Assembly: GCA_038212375.1 (NCBI GenBank)
Contig: JBBQUO010000002.1
Location: 1 to 45,783, forward strand
Source of the DNA: Minisyncoccia bacterium
GTDB taxonomy: Bacteria > Patescibacteriota > Minisyncoccia > Phycocordibacterales > Zambryskibacteraceae
Direction: 5' to 3'
DNA length: 45,783 nucleotides
Position numbers and translations under genes: made by a program. Below the pieces are notes generated by a model. It saw only the letters and a program-made list of their open reading frames with translations. It was not told where the DNA came from and did no database searches. Positions 1 through 8,981 of the stretch are shown piece by piece (the first letter of the stretch is position 1; each line of letters opens with the position of its first letter).

Positions 1-1
1 G

Positions 2-3000
2 TTGTCAACATCATGGACAGTTTCCGGAGGTATTCAAAGTCCAAACCCAACTTCTGGTTCAGGATCGAGCCTAACTCATACGGTATACCCAAGCTCATCA
101 GGTTCAACAATCTCTGTTGGAGGTTATCCCGCAACACTACCTGGAAATTATAATTTTTTTTCAGTTACAAATTCTGATGGAGGCGGATCTTCGGTTTTTA
201 TAACATCAGGTCAAAGTAAGTCAGTGACTATTGTGTATAGGAATAACTTAACGCCACTTTGTATTATTTCTCTATCTGCAAACACAACAAATGTAAACTC
301 AGGTTCTCCGGTAACTCTTACGTGGAGTTCGACAAATACCACCTCAATCTCTAGTACTGGATTTAATGCAAATGGAGCTTCACAAAATTCTGCAGGAGTC
401 GTTGTTAATCCGAATACCACCACCACCTATACAATTAACGGTACTGACTCAGGTGGTGGGTGTAGTAGTTCGGTAACAGTTACAGTAACTTCTGGACCAG
501 TAACGCCATTTGTAAATTTGTACGCAAATGCAAATCATCCATCAATTACCATTGCAAGTGGACAGTCGGTGACGCTTTCATGGAATGCGGGGAATGCTAC
601 AAGTTGTACAGGGAGTGGGGGTACGCTTACCGGCGATCGTTTTGTAGGAGGTGGATCACTTTCGAGTGGGCCGCTTAGTAGTTCTATTACCTACAGTATT
701 ACGTGTGTAAATGGTGGTCAAAGTGCAACTGATGCAGTCACGGTAAACATTGGAGTTGCCACGCCACCACCAACGGTCAAACTTACTGCAAATCCAAACT
801 CAGGAACTGTAAATGTTGTGAACCCTACTCTCACTTGGACGGTAAGTGACGCATTAGCGACATGTAATGCAGGTGGAGATTGGACAGGAAGTGGATGGCT
901 TGGGGGAGGGTCACAGTCACAAGGTGTACTTACTCAAGTAAAAACGTATAGCTATACGTTAACCTGTACTAATAGCGGTGGATCAAACTCCGCAAATGAA
1001 ACTGTTGTGGTCAGTTCTGGACCCCCAAGTAATGGTATCACCGTTAATCTCAGTGCAAATCCTACATCAGGTAATGCGGGTGTAGTAAACCCGACACTTA
1101 CATGGACATCAAGTGATCCATCTGCGAGTTGTACTGCTGGTGGCGACTGGTCAGGAAACAGATCTACATCAGGATCGCAGTCTCAAGGGGTACTCAATCA
1201 GGTGAAGGTATACAACTATACGATGAACTGTACTAATGGCGGAAACTATGGAAATGGATCTGCATCGGTTACGGTAGGAAGTGGTGGACTAGGCTTTTCA
1301 GTACAGCTGACTCTCACTCCATCAAGTGGAGCTGCGGGGTCTCTTGATTCAAGTATTTATTGGACTTCTTCTGGAGGTTTTGATTATTGTCTAGCATCAT
1401 TCAGGAGTACTGGAGGAGATAGTGCTGGAGGATGGAATGGATTTGTAAATGTCTTCGGCATGCAGCAGACAGGGATAAGAATGAATCCAGGAATTGATAC
1501 CTATACTCTTACTTGTTACACCGGATCAACTCCAGTTTCAGTCTCTAGAAATCTTAATATTTCAGGGGGAAGTCCTACGGCAACCGTTACGGTAAATTCT
1601 AATCGCCCAAGTGCATGGACTATAAGTCCAAACACGAGTCCATCTTCTGGTTCTGGAACAACACAGAATCATACCGTTGATACTACTTATGGTCCTGTAA
1701 ATGTCACACTGTCCGGAATAACAGATATCCCTGGGTATTCATATGCAGTAACAAACTCAACAGGATCGGGCGGTAATACTATGAGTGTTGCTGGTGGAAC
1801 AAGTAAAACATTTACCATTACATACACGCAGATAGCGCCTCAAGTTTTCCTATTTGCGAATCCTTGGACTATTAATTCTGGAGATCAAGTTACATTTACC
1901 TACTTATATGCATACGCAACATCTTGTACGTTGGTAGATAATGCCACCGCAGCAACACTTGCTTCATGGTCAGGTGTATCATCTCCGACACAGGCATCAG
2001 GTTCATTTACTACTGCAAATGGTCAAGTTACGTCGACTCGACTTTTTACGTTCACTTGCGTTGGACCTGGAGGCACAACACCAGCTCTCACTCAGGTGGT
2101 GGTAAATCCCGTAGCGGCTTGTGTGGCCCCAGCTACAAACGGATTTACCGGTTGCTACTACAATGGCATGGCATTCGATACATTTAAACTCTCTCGTGCC
2201 GATGCATACCCACTGAACTTCAATTGGGGTACCGGATCTCCTGATCCATTAGTGAACGTTGATAATTTCTCAGCAAAATGGAGTGGAAACTTTACCTTTA
2301 CGAACAACACATATCGATTTACCACAACAGCAGATGATGGGGTAAGAGTATATGTCGATGGAGTGCTCAAGATAAATCAGTGGATAGATCAAGGACCTAC
2401 GACATATACTGCTGACGTAGCTATGTCTGCGGGAACTCATCTCATCACCATGGAGTATTACGAAAGAGGGGGAGGGGCAGTCGCAGCACTCTCTTGGGCA
2501 CCACTTGCTGCTACAAATGCGAATGTTACTGTAAACTCAAATCTCAGTACATCGTGGACACTTTCTCCAAACGCTAGTCCAGTAAATGGATCAGGAACTT
2601 CACAAGTTCATTCTATTTCGAACGCTCAGGCGGGTGTACTTGAAACAATCTCAAGTATTCCTTCTATTGCTGGGTATACCTACACTGTCACCAACTCACA
2701 AGGAGGCGGGTCTTCGATGACTGTGTTTGGAGGCAATAGTGAGTCGTTCACTATTGCGTACACGTCTTCAAGTGTATTTGACTATTCACTTTCAAATAAT
2801 GGAAATGTAATTGTTACAGAAAATGCTGGAACCGCAAATGGTCAGTCGGTAGTAACTGCGAGCCTTGTATCAGCACCAGCGAATGCAGTAACCTTTACCG
2901 CGACTGGAATGCCTTCTGGTGTGACCGTTTCATATGCGAATCAAGGATGTAGTCCGACATGTTCAGCTACTATTCAATTTGCAGTACCTTCATCAGTTAC

Positions 3001-3373
3001 TCCAGGTACCTATGCCGTTACAGTGACAGGAGTTGCAGGGGGGATCACTCGAAGTACGAACTTTAATCTTGTCATCAACCCTTCCCCGGTATTTACTGGC
3101 GCAATGTCAGTTAATCCCCCCGCAGGAGTTATTGGTCAAACGGTAACATGGACCTGTTCTGCAAGTGGTGGAACTGGGCCATATACGTACACATGGAATG
3201 GTACTGATTTCCCAGTCGTACCGCTGACACAAAATACTGTAAGTATTACCTATCAAACTGTAGGTACGAAGACTGCGAGTGCAACGATCACAGATACAAG
3301 TGACGGAAAAACAACTCAATGTGCGCAGAAATCTGTAATCGTCTCTATTAATCCAGTGTATAAGGAGTTCTAA
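2..3373 (+). CDS. Large surface/adhesin-like protein, 5'-truncated at window edge, with repeated two-Cys Ig-like modules, a PA14 domain and a C-terminal PKD-like domain
   Basis: Frame is open from the window edge. PA14-like block GFTGCYYNG..FSAKWSG..DDGVRVYVDG..MEYYERGG at nt ~2141-2505. PKD-like GQTVTWTC..GGTGPYTYTW at nt ~3100-3345. Six LxANP..TLTW..C..Y.LTC modules. A strong terminator follows. Confidence 0.8.
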   Translation: MSTSWTVSGGIQSPNPTSGSGSSLTHTVYPSSSGSTISVGGYPATLPGNYNFFSVTNSDGGGSSVFITSGQSKSVTIVYRNNLTPLCIISLSANTTNVNSGSPVTLTWSSTNTTSISSTGFNANGASQNSAGVVVNPNTTTTYTINGTDSGGGCSSSVTVTVTSGPVTPFVNLYANANHPSITIASGQSVTLSWNAGNATSCTGSGGTLTGDRFVGGGSLSSGPLSSSITYSITCVNGGQSATDAVTVNIGVATPPPTVKLTANPNSGTVNVVNPTLTWTVSDALATCNAGGDWTGSGWLGGGSQSQGVLTQVKTYSYTLTCTNSGGSNSANETVVVSSGPPSNGITVNLSANPTSGNAGVVNPTLTWTSSDPSASCTAGGDWSGNRSTSGSQSQGVLNQVKVYNYTMNCTNGGNYGNGSASVTVGSGGLGFSVQLTLTPSSGAAGSLDSSIYWTSSGGFDYCLASFRSTGGDSAGGWNGFVNVFGMQQTGIRMNPGIDTYTLTCYTGSTPVSVSRNLNISGGSPTATVTVNSNRPSAWTISPNTSPSSGSGTTQNHTVDTTYGPVNVTLSGITDIPGYSYAVTNSTGSGGNTMSVAGGTSKTFTITYTQIAPQVFLFANPWTINSGDQVTFTYLYAYATSCTLVDNATAATLASWSGVSSPTQASGSFTTANGQVTSTRLFTFTCVGPGGTTPALTQVVVNPVAACVAPATNGFTGCYYNGMAFDTFKLSRADAYPLNFNWGTGSPDPLVNVDNFSAKWSGNFTFTNNTYRFTTTADDGVRVYVDGVLKINQWIDQGPTTYTADVAMSAGTHLITMEYYERGGGAVAALSWAPLAATNANVTVNSNLSTSWTLSPNASPVNGSGTSQVHSISNAQAGVLETISSIPSIAGYTYTVTNSQGGGSSMTVFGGNSESFTIAYTSSSVFDYSLSNNGNVIVTENAGTANGQSVVTASLVSAPANAVTFTATGMPSGVTVSYANQGCSPTCSATIQFAVPSSVTPGTYAVTVTGVAGGITRSTNFNLVINPSPVFTGAMSVNPPAGVIGQTVTWTCSASGGTGPYTYTWNGTDFPVVPLTQNTVSITYQTVGTKTASATITDTSDGKTTQCAQKSVIVSINPVYKEF
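776..1285 (+). repeat. Tandem pair of ~83-aa two-Cys Ig-like modules inside the adhesin gene
   Basis: VKLTANPNSGTVNVVNPTLTWTVSD..CNAGGDW..GSQSQGVLTQVKTYSYTLTCTN aligns with VNLSANPTSGNAGVVNPTLTWTSSD..CTAGGDW..GSQSQGVLNQVKVYNYTMNCTN. More diverged copies lie at nt ~260-490, 510-750, 1295-1560 and 1840-2105. Confidence 0.85.
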
Positions 3374-3418
3374 GGAAACACTGAATCGAGAATATAAGAG
3401 TTGTACAGAAAAAGAAAT

Positions 3419-3453
3419 GAAAACCGCATCGCCTTTCAGGCGATGCGGTTTTC
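3419..3453 (+). terminator. Rho-independent terminator after the adhesin gene
   Basis: gAAAACCGCATCGCC tttc aGGCGATGCGGTTTTc: GC-rich ~13-bp stem followed by a T run. Confidence 0.85.
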
Positions 3454-3552
3454 TGTGCACAACAATTTATCGTAACTTTGTTACAATACAGTGAAAGAAC
3501 ATTGTAATTACGAATCCGATCATCATTCGTTATTTTCACATTCTTCTCCACT

Positions 3553-5313
3553 ATGCACATCGAAGAAAAACAGTTAAAAGAATTTATCCTCGACTCAGGT
3601 CTTGTGTCGCGCGCAGACCTCACACTTGCGCTCAAAGAAGCAGAAGAAAAGGGAAGTAGTGTTGGGACTATTCTAGTGAATAAGGGAAGTCTCACTGAGG
3701 ATGACCTTCGTCGTATGCAAGCTTACATACTGGGAATTCCATTCGTTGATCTCAAGAGTCAGCGAATGGATTTCGATGTACTCTCACTTATTCCAGAACC
3801 AATCGCACGAAATCACAATATCGTAGCGTTCCGTAAAGTAGGGGAGACTCTTGAGGTCGCAATGCTTGATACCGAAGATCTTGCTGCAATAGACTTTGTT
3901 CGGAAGAAAACAGGACTCAAGATATCTCCTCGTCTTACTGACGGAGAGAGTATGAAGCATGCGCTTCTCAATTATCAAAAGAGTCTCAAGGCTGAATTTG
4001 GAGACATCATTCAAAAAGAAGCTGGAGCAATCAAGGCGGTGGCTGAGAAGAATGGTGATGAACCAGCGAGTGAAGAAGATCTCAAGAAACTCGCAGAAGA
4101 TGTACCAGTGGTTCGTATTGTTGATACACTCCTCAAGCATGCGATCATTCAAGATGCATCCGATATTCATATCGAGCCTGCTGAAACGCAGGTGATCGTG
4201 AGGTATCGTATCGACGGGATTCTTCACGATGCGATGGTATTGCCGAAAAATGTAGCAAGTGGCATTACAGCACGTATTAAGGTGTTGTCGAATCTCAAGC
4301 TTGATGAAAAGCGTATTCCTCAGGACGGACGTTTTAAGATAGACATGAACGGAGAAAAAGTATCGTTCCGTGTCTCAACGCTTCCTGTCTATTACGGCGA
4401 AAAGACAGTTATGCGTTTGCTTCGAGAAAGTGTCTCAGGATTTTCACTCGAGAGTCTTGGTTTTCATGGGGAAGGGCTGGAAAAGCTTCACCGTGCAACC
4501 AAGCTTGCGACCGGTATGATTCTTACCACAGGTCCTACTGGATCTGGAAAGACGACCACCCTCTATACGATGCTCGATATTTTGAATACTCCAGACGTAA
4601 ATATTTCGACCATTGAAGATCCTATTGAATATCAAATGAAACGGGTGAACCAGACCCAAGTAAAGCCAGAAATTGGATTCACATTTTCTTCTGGACTTCG
4701 AACGCTCGTGCGTCAGGACCCAGACGTAATTATGGTAGGAGAAATTCGTGATGGTGAAACGGCGTCTCTTGCGGTGAATGCGTCGCTTACGGGTCACCTC
4801 GTGCTCTCCACGCTCCACACAAACTCTGCAGCAGGAACCATTGCACGACTTGTCGATATGAAGATCGAACCATTCCTTCTTACTTCAACACTTTCGGTTA
4901 TTATCGCTCAACGCCTTATCCGTAGGCTCGCAGACAATAAAGAAAAGTATTTTTTAACAAAGGAAGAAATTGCTCAGCTTGAAAAAATCGTAAACCTCGA
5001 TCGCGTTATGGAATCGCTTGTAGAAGAGAAAATTGTAGAAAAAGGCGCGACTTGGGAAAAGATACCAATGTACAAACCAAAGCCTGGAGCAGATACTGAA
5101 GATGGATATAAGAGTCGTATCGGTATTCACGAAATTTTGCGCGTGAGCCCTGCAATTCGTGATCTCATTATGAAAGGTGTTCCTACTCAGGAGCTTGAAG
5201 ATCAGGCAAAGAAAGAGGGGATGCTTACCATGCTCGAAGATGGCGTGTTCAAAGCAGTGCAAGGTATTACAACGGTCGAAGAGGTGCTCCGTGTAGTTTC
5301 TTCTGACGAATAA
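3553..5313 (+). CDS. pilB: Type IV pilus / type II secretion assembly ATPase (PilB/GspE family)
   Basis: T2SSE N-terminal domain, Walker A GPTGSGKTTT, and conserved IEDPIE and VGEIRD blocks. Confidence 0.9.
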   Translation: MHIEEKQLKEFILDSGLVSRADLTLALKEAEEKGSSVGTILVNKGSLTEDDLRRMQAYILGIPFVDLKSQRMDFDVLSLIPEPIARNHNIVAFRKVGETLEVAMLDTEDLAAIDFVRKKTGLKISPRLTDGESMKHALLNYQKSLKAEFGDIIQKEAGAIKAVAEKNGDEPASEEDLKKLAEDVPVVRIVDTLLKHAIIQDASDIHIEPAETQVIVRYRIDGILHDAMVLPKNVASGITARIKVLSNLKLDEKRIPQDGRFKIDMNGEKVSFRVSTLPVYYGEKTVMRLLRESVSGFSLESLGFHGEGLEKLHRATKLATGMILTTGPTGSGKTTTLYTMLDILNTPDVNISTIEDPIEYQMKRVNQTQVKPEIGFTFSSGLRTLVRQDPDVIMVGEIRDGETASLAVNASLTGHLVLSTLHTNSAAGTIARLVDMKIEPFLLTSTLSVIIAQRLIRRLADNKEKYFLTKEEIAQLEKIVNLDRVMESLVEEKIVEKGATWEKIPMYKPKPGADTEDGYKSRIGIHEILRVSPAIRDLIMKGVPTQELEDQAKKEGMLTMLEDGVFKAVQGITTVEEVLRVVSSDE

Positions 5314-5319
5314 TATCGT

Positions 5320-6537
5320 ATGGCACAATTTTCATTTCGCGCACAAGGAAAAGACGGAAAAATCTATGAAGGTACCATGGAGGCGCCTGACAGATTTGGT
5401 GTGTACCACAAGATTAAAGCTGATGGCGATAGTGTCATTACTGTGACAGAGATGAAAAGTAAGACAGCGCTTTCTTTTCAGGCATTCGATGTATTTTTTG
5501 GAAAAGTAAAAACCCACGAAAAAATTATTTTTGCTCGTAACCTTGCAAGCATGCTTGAAGCAGGACTCCCGGTAACGCGTGCCCTTACTGTTATGGAGAA
5601 ACAGGCAAAAAACAAAAAACTCCAAGCGGTTCTCGGTGCACTTAATAGTGATATCAGTAAAGGAGAAAGTTTGTCTGAGAGTATGAAAAAAGCTCCTGAA
5701 GTATTTTCACCATTATTTATTTCGATGGTAAAAGCAGGAGAAGAGAGTGGAAATCTTGCTGGTGCGCTCAAGGTGGTATCTATTCAAATGGAAAAGACAT
5801 TCACGCTTACCCGTAAAATTCGCGGAGCCCTCATGTATCCAGCTGTTATTCTTTGTATTATGGTACTTATCGGAGTGCTGATGCTCATTTATGTGGTACC
5901 AACACTCACCTCGACATTCGTCGGACTTGGAGTAAAGCTTCCAGCAAGTACGCAGTTTATTATCAACCTCAGTGATTTTTTGAAAAATCACTATCTGATA
6001 ACACTTCTCGGAGTGATAGGAGCTGCAGTTCTTTTTTTGTTTGGCGCGAAGAGTCCAAAAGGAAAAAAAATGATTGATTATTCACTTCTGCGTCTTCCTG
6101 TAGTCGGCATGATCGTAAAAGAGATCAACTCAGCAAGAGCTACACGGACACTTTCTTCGCTGCTTTCTTCTGGTGTAGATATTGTTGTTGCAATTGAGGT
6201 GACTCATGATGTATTGCAGAATTTTTATTATAAGCAAGTACTTGCAGAAGCTCAGGTGACAATTCAAAAAGGTGATCCAATGTCTTCTGTGTTTATTCAA
6301 CATGAAAAACTTTTTCCGATTTTTGTCGGCGAAATGATGGCGGTAGGTGAAGAGACTGGAAAAATGGCAGAAATGCTCCTCGGGGTTGCGGTATTTTATG
6401 AAGATGAAGTTGATCAGAAGACCAAAGATATGTCGACCATCATTGAGCCCATTCTCATGGTGTTTATGGGTGTTGCGGTCGGGTTCTTTGCAATTTCGAT
6501 GATCGCTCCAACATACTCATTGGTAGACGCGATTTAG
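5320..6537 (+). CDS. pilC: Type IV pilus / T2SS platform protein (PilC/GspF family)
   Basis: 405-aa polytopic membrane protein with two GspF-type repeats. Starts 6 nt after pilB. Confidence 0.85.
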   Translation: MAQFSFRAQGKDGKIYEGTMEAPDRFGVYHKIKADGDSVITVTEMKSKTALSFQAFDVFFGKVKTHEKIIFARNLASMLEAGLPVTRALTVMEKQAKNKKLQAVLGALNSDISKGESLSESMKKAPEVFSPLFISMVKAGEESGNLAGALKVVSIQMEKTFTLTRKIRGALMYPAVILCIMVLIGVLMLIYVVPTLTSTFVGLGVKLPASTQFIINLSDFLKNHYLITLLGVIGAAVLFLFGAKSPKGKKMIDYSLLRLPVVGMIVKEINSARATRTLSSLLSSGVDIVVAIEVTHDVLQNFYYKQVLAEAQVTIQKGDPMSSVFIQHEKLFPIFVGEMMAVGEETGKMAEMLLGVAVFYEDEVDQKTKDMSTIIEPILMVFMGVAVGFFAISMIAPTYSLVDAI

Positions 6538-6548
6538 TTTTCTCTGAT

Positions 6549-8357
6549 ATGAAAATATTTTCTTTACAATTTCGGAATACTAAAAGAAACCGAGGATTCA
6601 CACTCCTTGAAGTGATTGTTGGAGCAGCGCTTTTTGCTCTCATTGCCGTTTCGGTATATCAAAGCTTTGCGACACTTACGACTCTCGTTTCAGTCGCAAG
6701 ACTCAAAATCACTGCAACCGATCTTGTAAACGAGCGTCTCGAGCTCATTCGCAATCTCCCTTTTAATCAGGTTGGAGAAGTGGGGGGTATTCCAAGTGGA
6801 GTGCTTAATCACGTTGAAACATTTGTTCGTGATAATAATTCTTTTATCGCAACAACAACGATCCGTAACCTTGACGATCCATTTGATGGAACAATCGGAG
6901 GTGTCCCGAACGATATTTCCCCAGCGGATTACAAAATGGTAGAGATTGATATCAACTGCACTTCCTGTAAAAATTTCCCCCAAATGAATGTTTCGACACA
7001 AGTTGCACCAAAAAATCTTGAAACTGCTTCAACAAATGGTGCCCTGTTTGTCAAAGCGTTTGATGCAAACGGTATTCCGATTCAAAGTGCCAATGTTCAT
7101 ATGGTCAATAATACCGTAACGCCAAATATCGTTGTTGACGATGTAACAAATGCACAAGGTGTTCTTCAAATTATCGATGCTCCACCAGGCGCTAATGCGT
7201 ACCAAGTGACCGTTACAAAGGGTGGGTACACCACTGATCAGTCCTATGCTACCTCGGTTGCCAATCCTCATCCGATCAATCTCAATCCGACTGTTGCGCT
7301 CCAGCAGGTAACACAATCAAGTTTTGTTATCGACAAAGTAAGTTCGATGAACCTTTCTGCCGTTACTGACACCTGTGAACCTGTCCCAGGTCTCACCTTT
7401 GCTGTACAAGGAAACAAGCTCATTGGTACGAATCCAAATGTCTACAAATATAATCAGAACGTTACTCTCGATGGTGCAGGAAAGAAAACATTATCAAATC
7501 TTGATTGGGATACATATGCTATGAATCTGACGAGTGCAGGATATTATCTTGCCGGTGTAAATCCGCTTCTTCCCGTCTCTCTTGCTCCAGGAGCAAGTCA
7601 GGATGTGCAACTCGTAGTAACGAATGAACCCGCATCAGTACTTCTTGTGGCAGTAAAAGATAGCGCTACAAGTCTTCCGCTTTCGGGTGCGACAGTAACA
7701 CTCTCAAAAGTAGGTTATACAGGCATCCTCACAACTGGAAGAGGGTTCCTTAGTCAAACAGACTGGTCAGGTGGCTCTGGTCAAAATGCTCTGGTGGATC
7801 AAGCAAAGTATTTTAGTTCGGACGGGAATATTGGCACCACTAATCCTGTGGGCGATATGAAGCTTAATGTCGCGTTTGGTATTTATGCTTCGAGCGGGAA
7901 TCTTACTTCATCTACGTTTGATACAGGAACAACAAGTAATTTTAATCAGATTACCTGGTCGCCAGGAAGTCAGCCTGTGCAGACAGGAACTCCTAATGTT
8001 CGATTCCAAATCGCAACAAATAATGATGCAACTACGTGGAACTTTATCGGTCCTGACGGAACAAATGGTACTTACTACACATCATCAAATGCAAATATTG
8101 CAAGTGCAAATAATGGTAATCGATATTTTCGATATAAAGCATACCTCGACACTGCAAGTACAACCTATACTCCGACTGTCTCTGATATAGCACTTACGTT
8201 TACATCGAGCTGTATTCCGCCGGGACAAGTTGCTTTCACAGGACTTTCAAATGGGACATATACACTAACGATTAGCTCTGGCGGATATACCACCTATTCT
8301 GGAAGTATTACGATATCGAGCCCTTGGCAGTCCCAGCAAGTTATCCTTTCACCATAA
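6549..8357 (+). CDS. Giant pilin-like protein (602 aa) with prepilin-type N-terminal cleavage/methylation motif and beta-sandwich (carboxypeptidase-regulatory-like) segments
   Basis: N-terminus MKIFSLQFRNTKRNRG|FTLLEVIVGAALFALIAV has Gly-Phe at the cleavage site, Glu at +5 and a hydrophobic helix. The rest is Thr/Ser/Asn-rich beta sequence. Confidence 0.75.
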   Translation: MKIFSLQFRNTKRNRGFTLLEVIVGAALFALIAVSVYQSFATLTTLVSVARLKITATDLVNERLELIRNLPFNQVGEVGGIPSGVLNHVETFVRDNNSFIATTTIRNLDDPFDGTIGGVPNDISPADYKMVEIDINCTSCKNFPQMNVSTQVAPKNLETASTNGALFVKAFDANGIPIQSANVHMVNNTVTPNIVVDDVTNAQGVLQIIDAPPGANAYQVTVTKGGYTTDQSYATSVANPHPINLNPTVALQQVTQSSFVIDKVSSMNLSAVTDTCEPVPGLTFAVQGNKLIGTNPNVYKYNQNVTLDGAGKKTLSNLDWDTYAMNLTSAGYYLAGVNPLLPVSLAPGASQDVQLVVTNEPASVLLVAVKDSATSLPLSGATVTLSKVGYTGILTTGRGFLSQTDWSGGSGQNALVDQAKYFSSDGNIGTTNPVGDMKLNVAFGIYASSGNLTSSTFDTGTTSNFNQITWSPGSQPVQTGTPNVRFQIATNNDATTWNFIGPDGTNGTYYTSSNANIASANNGNRYFRYKAYLDTASTTYTPTVSDIALTFTSSCIPPGQVAFTGLSNGTYTLTISSGGYTTYSGSITISSPWQSQQVILSP

Positions 8358-8980
8358 TGAAAATCTACCCAAGAAAAAATATGGATAGGGGATTTACTCT
8401 TGCTGAAATTTTGGTCGCCGTAGCTATTTTTGTTGTTGTTGGTCTCGCTATTGCAAACTTTGGGCAAAATATTTTCTCAATCAATACGAGTTTGCAAAAC
8501 AATCTCAGTGCGCAGCTCGATGGACGGCTTGTGCTTAAAAAGCTCATCGCAGAGCTTCGGAGTAGCTCTCCATCAAACCTCGGAGCATATCCAATAGAAA
8601 GTGCAGGGACATCGAGTCTGGTATTTTACAGTAATGTAGACTCCGATTCTTATAAAGAACGAATCCGCTACTACGTAAGTGGGAATTTTCTTATGCGAGG
8701 AGTAATAAAACCGACAGGTTCTCCTCTCACCTATTCGACGGTAAATGAAAAAATTTCAACGGTCGTGCGTGATCTTAAAAATGGAACCTCGACTCCAGTG
8801 TTCGATTATTTTAATGGAAATTATGCAGGGACTTCATCGCCACTCTCTATACCAGTAACACCTTCAGTAATACGACTTGTGCGTGTAACTGTTATCATTG
8901 ATGCAGATCCAAATAAATCTCCTCGTCCAATTATTATCACCTCACAAGGAATGCTTCGTAATTTGAAAGATAATTTTTAA
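8357..8980 (+). CDS. Pilin-like / pseudopilin protein
   Basis: Start chosen at the TAATG overlap with the upstream stop. MKIYPRKNMDRG|FTLAEILVAVAIFVVVGLAI is a class III signal motif. ATG 8381 is an alternative start. Confidence 0.75.
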   Translation: MKIYPRKNMDRGFTLAEILVAVAIFVVVGLAIANFGQNIFSINTSLQNNLSAQLDGRLVLKKLIAELRSSSPSNLGAYPIESAGTSSLVFYSNVDSDSYKERIRYYVSGNFLMRGVIKPTGSPLTYSTVNEKISTVVRDLKNGTSTPVFDYFNGNYAGTSSPLSIPVTPSVIRLVRVTVIIDADPNKSPRPIIITSQGMLRNLKDNF

Positions 8981-8981
8981 T

